From Mobula hypostoma (taxonomy: Eukaryota), in contig NC_086107.1 in the NCBI RefSeq assembly GCF_963921235.1, positions 107,820,001-107,884,000 on the forward strand: a DNA stretch of 64,000 nt, given 5' to 3'. Position numbers and translations under genes: made by a program. The stretch's first letter is position 1, and every line of letters begins with the position of its first letter. Positions 12,224-24,120 of the stretch are shown here, piece after piece. The notes under the pieces were generated by a model. It was not told the origin of the DNA. It saw nothing but the letters and a program-made list of their open reading frames with translations, and did no database searches.

Positions 12224-13999
12224 TTTAGTATTGCATTGTATTGCTGCCAAAAAGAACAAATTTCGTGACATCTGTTAATAAACCTGATTCTGATTCTGAG
12301 TTGGAAGATCAGTGGTGTCAGGCATTAATAGCTGAAACTAGGGAAAGATAAGATCTATCTTTGTGGTTAAATTAAGACAGACCAAATGTTGTTCATTGTT
12401 AAATAAACTGACTTTCTTTTCTCCCCTGTTAACTTGAAACTCACCCCCTCTTGCTCTAGTCACTTTTTCCTCACTCTATAGTACATAGCAATTTAGCAAG
12501 AACAGTCACCCATTTAGTGGAGCTAAAAGTTCTTCAGACATGAAGCATTCATGAGCGGGTGGGCTCCAAAATGCTTTGACAATTTTTAAATCAGTCTTGC
12601 CCCCAACATTCCTGGACAAAACGGCCCAATCCTAGGAAGCTGAAGTTTCCCTTTAATAAGTAAGGGAAACGTGATAATGCCAGCGGGGGTAGCTTGCTCC
12701 CAACACAGTAAAGTCAATTGTGTACCAGGTCCGTGGCACCCTCCCCACCCCCCCCCTCACCACCACTCGGCGTGTCGATGAAAAGGGATCATTAGACTGG
12801 CTGCCCCTGGAGTGGGCGGATCAGTGGGAAGGATACAATAAAGGGCTACAGTCTAGTTCTTTGTTCGCCCCTCATTCCCACAATCAGCAGGGTAATGGCC
12901 GAATTATGGCTGGAGCACTCACAGGCCGGAGTCTGTCAGAGATTAAGAGATGAATTGTGTGGCTGCCCCCAATTCCAGCTTCAAACCCCACCCCCCCGCT
13001 GTACCTCTAGGCCAAGAAATCCCCACAGGTGCCTTATTTTCCTGGGAGCCGCAGAAAGCAATTTATTTTTCTTCTTTTAATCTCTGCGATCAATTGAGAA
13101 TACTCACAATTTGTCCATATTGGAATGTTGGTTTGTAAATGCAACGTGGAAGCGCCGTTGAAATTTCACTTTCAATTTGAAAAAAGAAGCAAGGTTTTCA
13201 CAAACTGAAAAGAAAATCAAAACAAATCCAGTGCAAAGCTGCCTCTGGGCCTCACTGCAGATCAGAAACAGTTTATTTCACAGCATTCAGGTTTTCTTCT
13301 CCAGCCAGGAATCAAACAGGGCAGCAAAACTTGCTGACAAATTGCGCTCCATTGTCCGAAGTAAATTCATCCTTGTGAATTTTATCTTTTAACCGTCATA
13401 GCTAATAAACACAGACCATTATATCAGTGGCAGGGTACTAGGAGGGCTGAGAGGTTTCGGGGTCTGTGATAGAGAGTGCTGAGATGACAGATATAAAGTG
13501 ATACTGGAATGTCGGGTATTATCTCACACAGCTGGAATGCAAAGTGCTGGGAATGATCACTTTCTCCTTCAATTTTGATATCTGGTATCACTGGCAAGAC
13601 CAAATTGTTCTTTAAAAGTTTGGAAGTCGCCTTCGTGAACCACTGCAGTTTGGTGAAGGTGCTCTCGCAGCAGCCAGTTCCAGGATTTAAGCTCAGTGGC
13701 AATGAAGAAGTGACGTTGTATTTCCAAATGTGTACTCTGCAGGTCATGTCTCTCCCATGCCCCTGATGCCTTTGTCCCTTTTGGATGGTAGAATTGGTTG
13801 GTTCTGGGAGGTGCTGTCAGAAAAACCAGAGGCAGATTTATCCTGAATTACTTTAGTGTATTTTCTTTTTTGTTCGTGAAACATCTTTCTGAGAAGGAAT
13901 GAAAATAAAATTTCAATCAATGAAGGAGATTCTGCAGTGACTTTATGTAATAGCATCCCACTGTGCACAAATTATGAATATTCTTGATCAAATGACCAT

Positions 14000-14690
14000 A
14001 TGGTCATAAGGAATAGGAGCAGAATCAGGCCATTTGGTTCATCAAGTCTGCTACACCATGCTATCATGGCTGATTTATTTTCCTTCTCAACCCCATTCTC
14101 CTGCCTTCTCTTTGTAACGTTTGATGCCCTTTCTAATCAAGAACCTATCGACCTCCACTTTAAATGTACCTAACGACTTGGTCTCCGCACTGTCTGCTGA
14201 AATGAATTCCACAGATTCACCACCCTCTGGCTAAAGAAATTCCTCTGTTCTGAAGGGATGTCCTTGTCTTCTGAATCTGCCCTCTGGTCTTGGACTCCCT
14301 CACTGTTGGAAACATCCTCTCCACGTCCACTCTTTCAATATCCGATGGGTTTCAATGAGAACCCTCTTCATTCTTCTAAAAATGCATAGCCAGAGACTTT
14401 TTCCCCAGAGTAGAAATAGCTAATATTAGGGAGACATAATTTTAATCTGATTGGAGGAAAGTATAGGGGGGATATCAGAGAGTGGTGGGTGCATGGAACA
14501 CTCTGGCAGGGCTAGCGGTAGGGGCAGAAATATTAGGGGCATTTAAGAACTTCTTAGATAAGCACATGGATGATAGAAAAATGAACAATTATGTAGGAGG
14601 GAAGGGTTAGATTCATCTTAGATTAGGTTAAAAGGTTGGCACACCATTGTGGGCTGAAATGCCTATATTGTGCTGAAATTTACTATATTT
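14000..14690. mobile_element. Two adjacent CR1-type 3' fragments in opposite orientations
   Basis: Minus copy at ~14000-14380 and plus copy at ~14380-14690, both with CR1 3'-end motifs. Confidence 0.7.
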
Positions 14691-15529
14691 AATTAGAGAC
14701 TGAAATTAGAAAAAAAGTTTGATTTTTGCAAAAAAGGCATCTGAGAAGTTTACTTGGTGCGTGGTGTATTAAACAGAAAAAGATCTGCACTGACATCCTA
14801 CGAGTAATGGTGGTACCCTAATTAAACTCTCCGGACGAAGTGGCCTGTACTGGTAATCCAAAGATGTGAGTTCCTATCTCACCATGGTGATTTTTTAAAT
14901 TCAGTTAATCTGGCATTGAAAAGTAAATCAGCCAGTATTGGTAATAATATTGACCAAGATGGTAGATTATAAAGTCCTATCTCATTCACTAATGCTCTTC
15001 AGGGTGAGAAATCTGTGGGTCTTGCCTACTATGGGCCTGTAGGACGGATGTATGTGTCTCTAAAGAACTGGTGGATGAGGGCAGTGTTTCAGATTTGTTG
15101 ATCATAGATAGGTATACGGACGAAAGAAAATGGAGGTCTATGTGGGAGGGAAGTGTTAGATTGACCTTGGGAGTAGGTTAAAAGGGCAGCACAATATTGT
15201 GGGCCGAAGGGCCTGTACTGTTTTATGTTCTATATGTGACTGTAAATCGGCACCAACATGGTTGACTCTTGACTGTCTCTGAAATGGCCTAACATGCACT
15301 CAGTTCAGGAATGCCACATTCTTTGCTCGTTGTTCATAATTGTTTGTTGATAGAGACAAGCACATTGCTAGCAGCGGCAGCATTTCTTGGCCTCCCTTCA
15401 GAACAAGATGACGATGCATGTCCGCTATGCCTCGGGGGTAGGATTTTGTGGGAAGCAGGCACTGTTGGCTGGACCTCGGACAATCCTGCCCATTTAGTGG
15501 TGATCTAATTTAAAATGATGAAATGATTG

Positions 15530-15700
15530 GTGGGGGAGTGAGGCGGGGGGAAGAGGGAGGAGGATGAGATGAGAGAAGGAGGGAGGAAGGCGAGATGAGG
15601 AGAGAGGGAAAAAAAGAGGGACCAGATAGAGAAAGAAAGCGAGAGGGAAGTGAGGAAGAGAGGAGGAGGGTGGGGAGAGAGAGATGAAAAGAGAGAGGGA
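15530..15700. repeat. GA-rich polypurine low-complexity tract
   Basis: Almost only G/A on the plus strand. A similar tract lies at ~49230-49600. Confidence 0.8.
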
Positions 15701-15792
15701 GCTATAGCTTGTGCTATAGCTCCACAAAATCCTGGTTAAAGCAGTATTGTGAACATTCTGGGCACCAGGGAACCATACATATACCAGAACTA

Positions 15793-16428
15793 CACTAGGT
15801 GGCCACTTTATTAGGTATCCCCTGTACCTAACCAAGTGGCAACTGAGGGTATGTTCATGGTCATCGGCTGCTATAGCTCATCCACTTCAAGGTTTGACTT
15901 GTGCATTTAGAGATGCTTTTCTGCACACCACCGTTGTAACCTGTGGTTATTTGAGCTACTGTCACCTTCCTGTCAGCTTGAACCAGTTTGGCCATTCTCC
16001 TCTGACCTCTCATTAGAAAGGCATTTTCACCTACGGAACTAGTTCTTGTTTTCTTGCAGCATTCTCTGTAAACTTTAGAGACTTTTTGTGCACAAAAATC
16101 ACAGAAGATCAGCAGTTTCTAAGATACTCAAACCACCCCATCTGGCACCAACAATCATTCTATGCTCAGAGTCACTTTAATCACGTTTCTTGCCCCATTC
16201 TCATGTTTGGTCTGAACAACAACTGAATCTCGAACATGACTTCCCAACCTGGGATCCACGGACCCCTTACTCAATGTTTTTGGTCCATGGCATAAAAAAG
16301 GTTGGGAGCTCTTGTTCTAGACCATGTCTGCATGCTTTTATGCATTGAGTTGCTGCCACATGATTGGCTGATTAGATATTTGCATTAATGAGCGGGTGTA
16401 CAGGTGTACCTAATAAAGTGGCCACAGT
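15793..16428 (-). mobile_element. Tc1-derived non-autonomous DNA transposon
   Basis: TIRs cact(c)agtggccactttattagg / cctaataaagtggccac. Contains a small hAT MITE at ~16240-16315. Confidence 0.8.
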
Positions 16429-19400
16429 ATGTGCATTCAGTCATACATTGACTTCAAGAGTTAAACATACTTACACGACCTGCAGTTACGTTTCTTGGAA
16501 TGTAAAATTAATTTAGTTGGGGTATATGGAGAAACTAATTGAGTAATCAGGTCAAAGTTGCTGGCACAGATTGGGAGTATAGGACTTGAGGCTTTTAGGA
16601 AGTTAAAGACATTTGTACATGTAGTCGCATGGTTGAAATTTAGAATTCTCTGGCTCACGAAGCTACTGATGTGAATCTGTTTTTAACTTTAAATCTGAAG
16701 TTGATGAATATTTGTTGGAATCAAAGTTGACAGAAGTTATTAAGGGACTTAGAAAGAAGTAGTTACATGGAATTTGATGACACAACAGCCAAGTAGTCTT
16801 ATTAAATAGGTAAGGGACTGAGTTCCTCTTGTCTACCTTTTCCCTATTCTTTAATTTTCTTCTGGTGTCAGTAAATTTTCATCATTTATTAAACAGTCTT
16901 GGCCCTGATCCCAGACCCTTCAGTAGCACCTTGTCTCTTTTCTTTAACTCAAGAAGGTAGCTGAAAGCTGGGGGTTAATGGCATAAATAAATAGAAGAAA
17001 GTGCTTATGACATGTTTGTGTTTCTGCTTTAGACGTCTGCCTTTGATACAGAGAGACTTTGGCATTCTATCAGATGATTGCTGAGGGTCCGGGGCTCAGC
17101 AGAAGAGGCAGTGGAATGGTTCGGGTGATAAAACGGCCGTCCGAGTACCTGGGGTAGCCCCAGCACACCAATTGCTCACACAGGGTGGCCTTTATACATG
17201 GCCTGTGGTCTGATATAAAACTGGTATTGTGCTGGCCTGGCTTGGTTTTCCACCCAGGGCTGCAAACAATGAATTTAATTTACAGTGAGGTCTTTTAGAA
17301 GCGACAGAGGCCTAGAACAATCCGACTTGTGTTTCCAATTTTGCAGTATGAATGGTAAGTTAGATAAGACATTGGGGCCTGGTTGTGTGTCCCCTTTGTT
17401 CAGGCCCAGGTGAACTGGAATCATGTGATCAAATGTAAAAACTTGTTAAACTGAAAAGCTGCTGGGACAGAGTCACAGAGCGACAACATGTTTCCAGTCT
17501 TGTTGCTGTCCGTCTCCCTTTGATTGCAGCGAATATGCCAGAATCGAGCACATTTGGTTGTTTGTAGTGGTTGGAGTTTAGGCCCTAAGCAACATCCACT
17601 GGAGTGGAATCCACCGCAGCGGTGGGAAAGTGATTATTCCTCATTTCTGGAAACAAAAGGTATGTAGAAGTGTCTCACATATTTGGCAACAGAGAAAATA
17701 GTTTTTCGTTAAGAATGGCATTAAAATGGAATATAGTTTGGCTGATGAACTTTGGTTCTTGTAATATAAGTAAGGCCTAGCTTGTTGCTCAGTACTAAAG
17801 TTAATTGGAAGCTTGGATGAGATTGAAGTCAGATTCCCACCAGTGGGTCAAACCTAAGAGACGAACAAGACATGGACATGGGTGACGATATAGAAGTTAT
17901 ATCTTATTGTGGAAAACACCCTCAACTGGCGGTCAATGAATTTCTCATAATATTGACTGATGAAACTTTCTGTATCCCTCACCATCATACTGGAGAATAT
18001 TCTGTGATGTCTTAAGAAGCCAAACATGGCGATTGAAGTTAATGAGATGTCGATGTAAATGTTCTTGTTAGAGGAGCTCTGAACATAACTCTGAGGAATG
18101 GAGAATGCATTTCAGTGACTAGTCCTCTCACCTCCAGGTGATAAGATCGAGACATGGTCCAGAAACTTGGGTACATAATCCAGACTGATAACCTCAGTGC
18201 AGTGCTGAGGGAGGGCAGGTTCCGTAGACACATGTGTAATAGACTGCGAATAAGTGGGACAGTTCTCCCATCGTCCTGGCCAGTATTTAAACAATATTCT
18301 TAAAAGAAATATATTGCCTGGTCATTTTCACATTGTTTTTTGTAGGTCCTTTCTGTGCACAAGTTGTTTGTTGTATTCCCTATCTTACAATCATAAATGC
18401 TTTTAAATTTCTTAATTATTTGAGAAACATTTTGGGATTTCCAAAGGTTGTAAAAAAGGAAGTTTTGAAATTACCTTACTAATGTTGGGACTCGAAGACC
18501 ACTTGATTGGTTGATTATGTCGATGAGTTTTAATTGGAAGTGGGCGGGAGGTTCGGGTGCAGGGCATCAGATGGAAGAAAGGTGTTCTGACGTCAGGAAG
18601 TCATCATGGCAGTGTGGGGGAAGAAGAGGAAAGGAGACTAGCGGCCATATTTATCTGTGGAGGGGACTGAGGGGTTGAAGACATAAGCTAACGTTTGAAT
18701 GCCTGTGACGTTTTGTTTGCAGAAGAGCGACATGCTCTAAATTCTGAATGTTGCGCTTTAATCAGAGAGTTTAGCAGAATGGTTTGACTGTGTGCCTCAC
18801 AGCCACATTTCCAGGTAATCAGCTGCCTTCTGTTACTCGATGTGCTTCCCTGCTCGCAGCAGAGTTATCGCTGTTCCCACACACCACTAGTTGAGAGCTC
18901 AAGAGCATACTCGCTGCAGCAGATTGACAGAAAGCTTTATGAGAAATCTCAGAACCACTGAAGTAATTAAAAAAGCTGTTCAGAAACTCACCTGAAATCC
19001 CAGGTTTTACCTTATTCCCAGGCACCTATTATTCCCATATAATTTCCACACCCAAAAGCCAGACAATCTCAGGCACCTGTTACTTTATGTATAATCCCCT
19101 CCTTAATCTCTTGATTACATCCCAGCCTGTAACTCACTCCAGATTACTCTATATAAACTCCATAAAACCCTCAATTGAATTCCAACATAACCCATTCCCA
19201 GGCTACTGTTAGTCCTTATAAAGACTCTCCCAAGCTTCTTGGTTGTAACAATCCCTGTTTGTAGTTCTTTCCTTAGCATCTGTATTTCTGAATTTCACCC
19301 CCTGAAACCCATGATTTGAATCAAGCCTGTAATTCCCCTTGTCTGTCTGTCTGCCTTTCTGTCTGTCTGCCTTTCTGTCTGCCTATCTATCTGTACATCT

Positions 19401-19757
19401 GTCTACCTATCATTCTATCTATACACCAAATATTCAGCTTCTAGCCTGCAACACAATCCTCCTATTCTCTTGATAAGCTTCTTCATTTGGATGGCAGGCA
19501 GGATCAACTTTATTAGCCATATACATTTGCATGTGTTAGGAATTTGCTGTGGTGTGTTTTGGGTGGCATACAACAAAAAAACCCCCACAATAATAAAGAA
19601 CAAAGAATTACATAAAAAATAAAGTTAGAGGTTAAGGGTACAGATACGGAATAAAATGCATAAATGCATAAATACAAGCATGCATTTACAACGTAAACAG
19701 CTTTATAAAAAGTGGTTTAAGGTGTTTACAGTGCAGTGACAGGGTATTAGATAGGGG

Positions 19758-20004
19758 ACGCAAACAACAGGAATTCTGCAGATGCTGGAAATTCAAGCAA
19801 CACACATCAAAGTTGCTGGTGAACGCAGCAGGCCAGGCAGCATCTCTAGGAAGAGATACAGTCGACGTTTCAGGCCCAGACCCTTTGTCAGGATTAGAGT
19901 CCTGTAGTCCTGACGAAGGGTCTTGGCCTGAAACGTCGACTGTACCTCTTCCTAGAGATGCTGCCTGGCCTGCTGTGTTCACCAGCAACTTTGATGTGTG
20001 TTGC
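19758..20004. mobile_element. Palindromic Penelope-derived element (two inverted terminal repeats)
   Basis: ~101-bp inverted arms at 19796-19896 and 19905-20005. TSD TATTAGATAG at 19745-19754 and 20005-20014. Confidence 0.85.
19903..19944 (+). ncRNA. Minimal type-I hammerhead ribozyme motif
   Basis: UGUAGUC-CUGACGA-AGGGUCUUGGCCU-GAAA-CGUC^-GACUGUA: stem I pairs, the core is intact and the triplet is GUC. Confidence 0.7.
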
Positions 20005-21712
20005 TATTAGATAGAGGGGTTGGAGAAGTTAACTTGAATGGTTATTTGTTTTAATAGTCCTATAGCACTTTCCAGTTAGTCTTTGTTCATGTATTTTTTT
20101 CATAAATTCTATTACATTTCTTTATTTTTCTGTAAATGTCTGCAAAAATTTTGGGTACCCATTGTTCTGCATACATACCCCAAAACTTTTGACTTGATTA
20201 CAGCCTGTGTATGTCATTCAGTGTAGTTGTAGTGTGATCTCTCAAGTCAAGTATGATGTTCTCCCAAGGGTGGAGTCCCCTTAATGGGGAATACCTGTGT
20301 GTAACTTTGTTTAACGTGGGGAGGCTGATGCATGGGCAGCCACCAGATGGTCCTTGACAGATCGGGGTCAGGCTCCAGTGGCATGGGATGCAAGATGTTG
20401 TGAAGTGCCGACATTTTCCGCCAGCTCCATTGCTGGAGTCATCATTGGACTGCTCTTTGGTTTGAACCTCTCTCTTTGCCTTACTGCCATGGATGACCTT
20501 ACCAGGAGCTGAGCTCCAGAAGATATGGCTCTTAGGATCTTAGGAACTCACAAACCTCTCCACCACGACAAGGTGACAATCCTCGGAGAATGTATACAAT
20601 ACCCCAAAACTCTCAATTAGATTTCATTCTACACGCCCGGGATGTTAGAGTGGACGAGTGTCTGAGAACCACTGTAAATATTTTGGCAAGCTCTGGGAAA
20701 GGAGTCAGGATTATTCCAGTATTGCAAGAAGGAAAGGAATGAGGAATGAGATACAATATTTAATAAAGCATTATTTATTGGGTGTAACAGTTCCATATAC
20801 ATTATAAAACAGAACTGCATGTTACAGAGTATAGTTATTAACACACTTATATTACAGGGTCTAACACTCCTGTGTGCATTTTAAAAGAATACACTGCACA
20901 TTACAGGGAATAAGAGATAGTAAATTATTTATGGACTTAGCTCACACTTCACAATTGCTCCCCTTGTCAACCTGATATCTTCATTAACATTTTGCAGCCA
21001 GGTGGCTTCAAGTAAACCGGAGACCTTTCCTGTGCTACTGCTCTGCAAAGTGCCTTGGCCTTGTACTTCAACTAAGCCTCATGCTATAGATCCTGACACT
21101 TCTGACAAATTTATTTGTTTATCTATTGAGATACAGTGTGGATTACGCCCTCCAGGCCCTTCGAGTTGCGCCACCCAGCAACTCCTCCCCCCCTGCCCCC
21201 GATTTAACCCCAGCCTAATCACGGGACAATTTACAATGACCTGCTAACCGCCTTTGGACCGCGGGAGGAAACCAGGGCACCCAGAGGAAATCCACGTAGT
21301 CGCGGGGATACATACTAACTCCCTACAGGCGGCAGTGACAATTGCACCTGGGTTGCTGGTGTTACGGTACTGTACCACCCCGTGTGGCATATATATTTAA
21401 TGTAATTAATAAATTCAAATTATCAAACCATGTTGCTGAATAGAAGTCTCCAGTACGTACTAGATATTAACCATACATCAATGGGAATAATGCATATAGC
21501 ATATACTGTATATGCATAATGTATATACTGTATTTTACATAATAACACACCATGCATTTCTGAGTATAATACTTCTGTATATCTTGCAGATTAGTAATGC
21601 ATTCTTGAATGTAATATCCCAGTGTATGTTACATTTAACACACTGTGAATTACTGGATATGGCACATCAAATGGTTCAAATAGTTCGATTTAGCATCAGA
21701 GAATGTATATAG

Positions 21713-21932
21713 CAGTGGTCCCCACCACCGGGCCGCAAAGCATGTGCTACTGGGCCGCGAGGAAACAATATGATTTGGCGATATGAAACGATATGAGTCA
21801 GCTGCACCTTTCCTCATTCCCTGTCACGCACTGTTGAACTTGAACATCCCCCCACCCCCCCCCTTGGCCGGTCCGCAAGAATATTGTCAATATTAAACCG
21901 GTCCGCGGTGCAAAAAAGGTTGGGGACCCCTG
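21713..21932. mobile_element. hAT (Charlie-like) MITE
   Basis: Ends CAGTGGTCCCCA / TGGGGACCCCTG with a perfect 8-bp TSD GTATATAG (21705-21712, 21933-21940). Confidence 0.9.
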
Positions 21933-22339
21933 GTATATAGTATACAACCTGAAATTCTTACTCTTCACAGACATCCACGAAACAGAAAAAAAAATCCCCT
22001 GAGAATGAATGACAGAAACATTAGAACCCTAAAGCCCCCCACTAAATAAACTGCTCAATAACATGTGTTACTGGGCTAACATTCCTGTTCATATTACAAA
22101 GCATACTGTGCAATACTCAGCATAACATTACTGTTTATGACTCATACAAGTTATTGTGTGTTACTGGGTACAATATATACATTGCATAGTAACTAACCTT
22201 GCATTACTGAGTGTAACACACTACAGTTTTTTGAAAATAGCATACCTATATATATTTAGAGTAACACATTGGATGGTACTGATTATAGTACTTTTGTACA
22301 TATTTTGTGTTAACACCATAAACATTACTGTACACATGA

Positions 22340-22750
22340 GACCATAAGATATAGGAGTGATTTGACCTGTTGAGAATGCAGACCATTTCATCATGGCTGA
22401 TCCATTTTACCTCTCAGCACCAATCTCCTGCCTTCTCCCCGTATCCCTTCACGCCCTGACTAATCAAGAATCTATCAACCTTTGCCTTAAATACACCCAA
22501 TGACTTGGCCTCTACAGCCACCTGTGGCAACGATTTCCACAATTTCCACAGGTTCGCCACTCTTAGGCTAAAGAAATACCTCCTCATCTCCATTCTAAAA
22601 GGGCACTCCTCTATTCTGAGACTCTGTCCTCTGGTCTTAGACTCTCCCACCAGAGGAAACATCCTCTCCACATCAGCTCTATCGATACCTTTCAACGTTC
22701 GGTATGTTTTGAGAAGGTCACCCAGAGTCATCAAACACTCTTCATATGAC
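22340..22750 (-). mobile_element. CR1-type LINE 3' fragment
   Basis: ORF 22414-22776: KGIDRADVERMFPLVGESKTRG... Confidence 0.85.
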
Positions 22751-23078
22751 AAGCTGTGCCTTACTGGGTACAACACTCAGCATAACACCACTTCACTGGG
22801 TAACACACACAAAATGCTGCTGGAACTCAGCAGGTCAGGCAGCATTTATGGAAATGAATGAGAAGGAAGGAGGGAAGATGCCAGAATAAGAAGGTGGGGG
22901 AGGGGAAGGAGACTAGCCGGCAAGTGATAGGTGAAGCCAGGTGGGTGGGAAAGGTCATGGGCTGAAGAAGAAGGAATCTGATAGGAGAGTGGACCTTAGG
23001 AGAAAGGGAGGGAGGAGGGGATGCAGGGGAAGTAATAGGCAGGTGAGAAGAGGTAAAAAGGTTAGAGTGGGGAATAGA

Positions 23079-23390
23079 GGACCACAACCTTGTCCTGGTT
23101 TGGAGGCTTGCGTGCCTCAGTGACCCGGAGAGCTGTGTTGGCTGGAGTCAGGGCTTTGTGCTTTGGCTCTTGGTGGGATCACCCATGCCAAACAGGTCAA
23201 AGGGTAGAGGCCAGACTAAGAGTGGTCCACTGACCCTCCAGGTTCAGGGATTCAGCTCAGAGCTAACAACCTCGACTGGTAAAAAAGCAATTATTACGGA
23301 AACAGCAATGAAGAATCCTTCTATACAGACAGAGATGGAGGACCTTCATTGCTGTCCTAAGCACCAATGGTGTAATGGGCACTAAATAAA
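23079..23390 (+). mobile_element. Non-autonomous bipartite RTE-derived element, inserted in a minus-strand Penelope 3' fragment (22800-23430)
   Basis: RTE-like 5' UTR joined directly to cagacagagatggaggacc...aatgggcactaaataaat, the tail shared with the RTE at 12140-12223. Confidence 0.65.
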
Positions 23391-23539
23391 TGAAAGGAAA
23401 AGAGAAAGGGGGAAATTTGTTTACCGGAAGGAGTGGTGTTGTATTTGTGTGTATATTATTTAATAAGACTATGGGTTACTGTGTATAGCTCTTCTCTATA
23501 TAATAGAAAATGAAGTATTAGGTATAATACTCCTGCTGT

Positions 23540-24120
23540 GAAGAAGGCAAGACAGTGGCTATATTTCATCAGGAATTTGAGAAATTTGGTGTGTCATCTA
23601 AAACACTTGCAAATTTCTATGGATATATCATGGAGAGCATTCTGACTGGCTGCATCACCGTCAGGTATGGGGAGGGGAGGGTGGTAGGCTACTGCACGGG
23701 ATCGAAGTAAGCAGCAGATCCATCATGGGCATGAGCCTCTTCAAGGAGCGATGCCTCAAAAAGGCGGCGTCCATCGTTAAGGATCCCCACCAACCAGGAC
23801 ATGCCCTCTTCTCGTTTCTACCATCAGGAAGGAGGTACAGAAGCCTGAAGGCACACACTTAATTCCAGGAACAGCTTCTTTCCCTCTGCCATCCGATTTC
23901 TGAAAGGACATTGAACCCATGAACTCTACCTCACTACCTTTTTTTATTCCCCAATTTTTGCACCACTTAATGTATTTAATTTAACAATTTTATATATATG
24001 TGTATATATCTTTTTTAAATGTGATTCACAGTTCTTTTCTATATTATCATGTACTGCATTGTATTGCAGTGGCAAAATTAAATTTCACGACATATACCGA
24101 TATTAAAACTGGTTCTGATA
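23540..24120 (+). mobile_element. Rex1/Babar-type LINE 3' fragment
   Basis: ESILTGCIT and ALFSFLPSGRRYRSL remnants plus 3' UTR. Confidence 0.8.
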
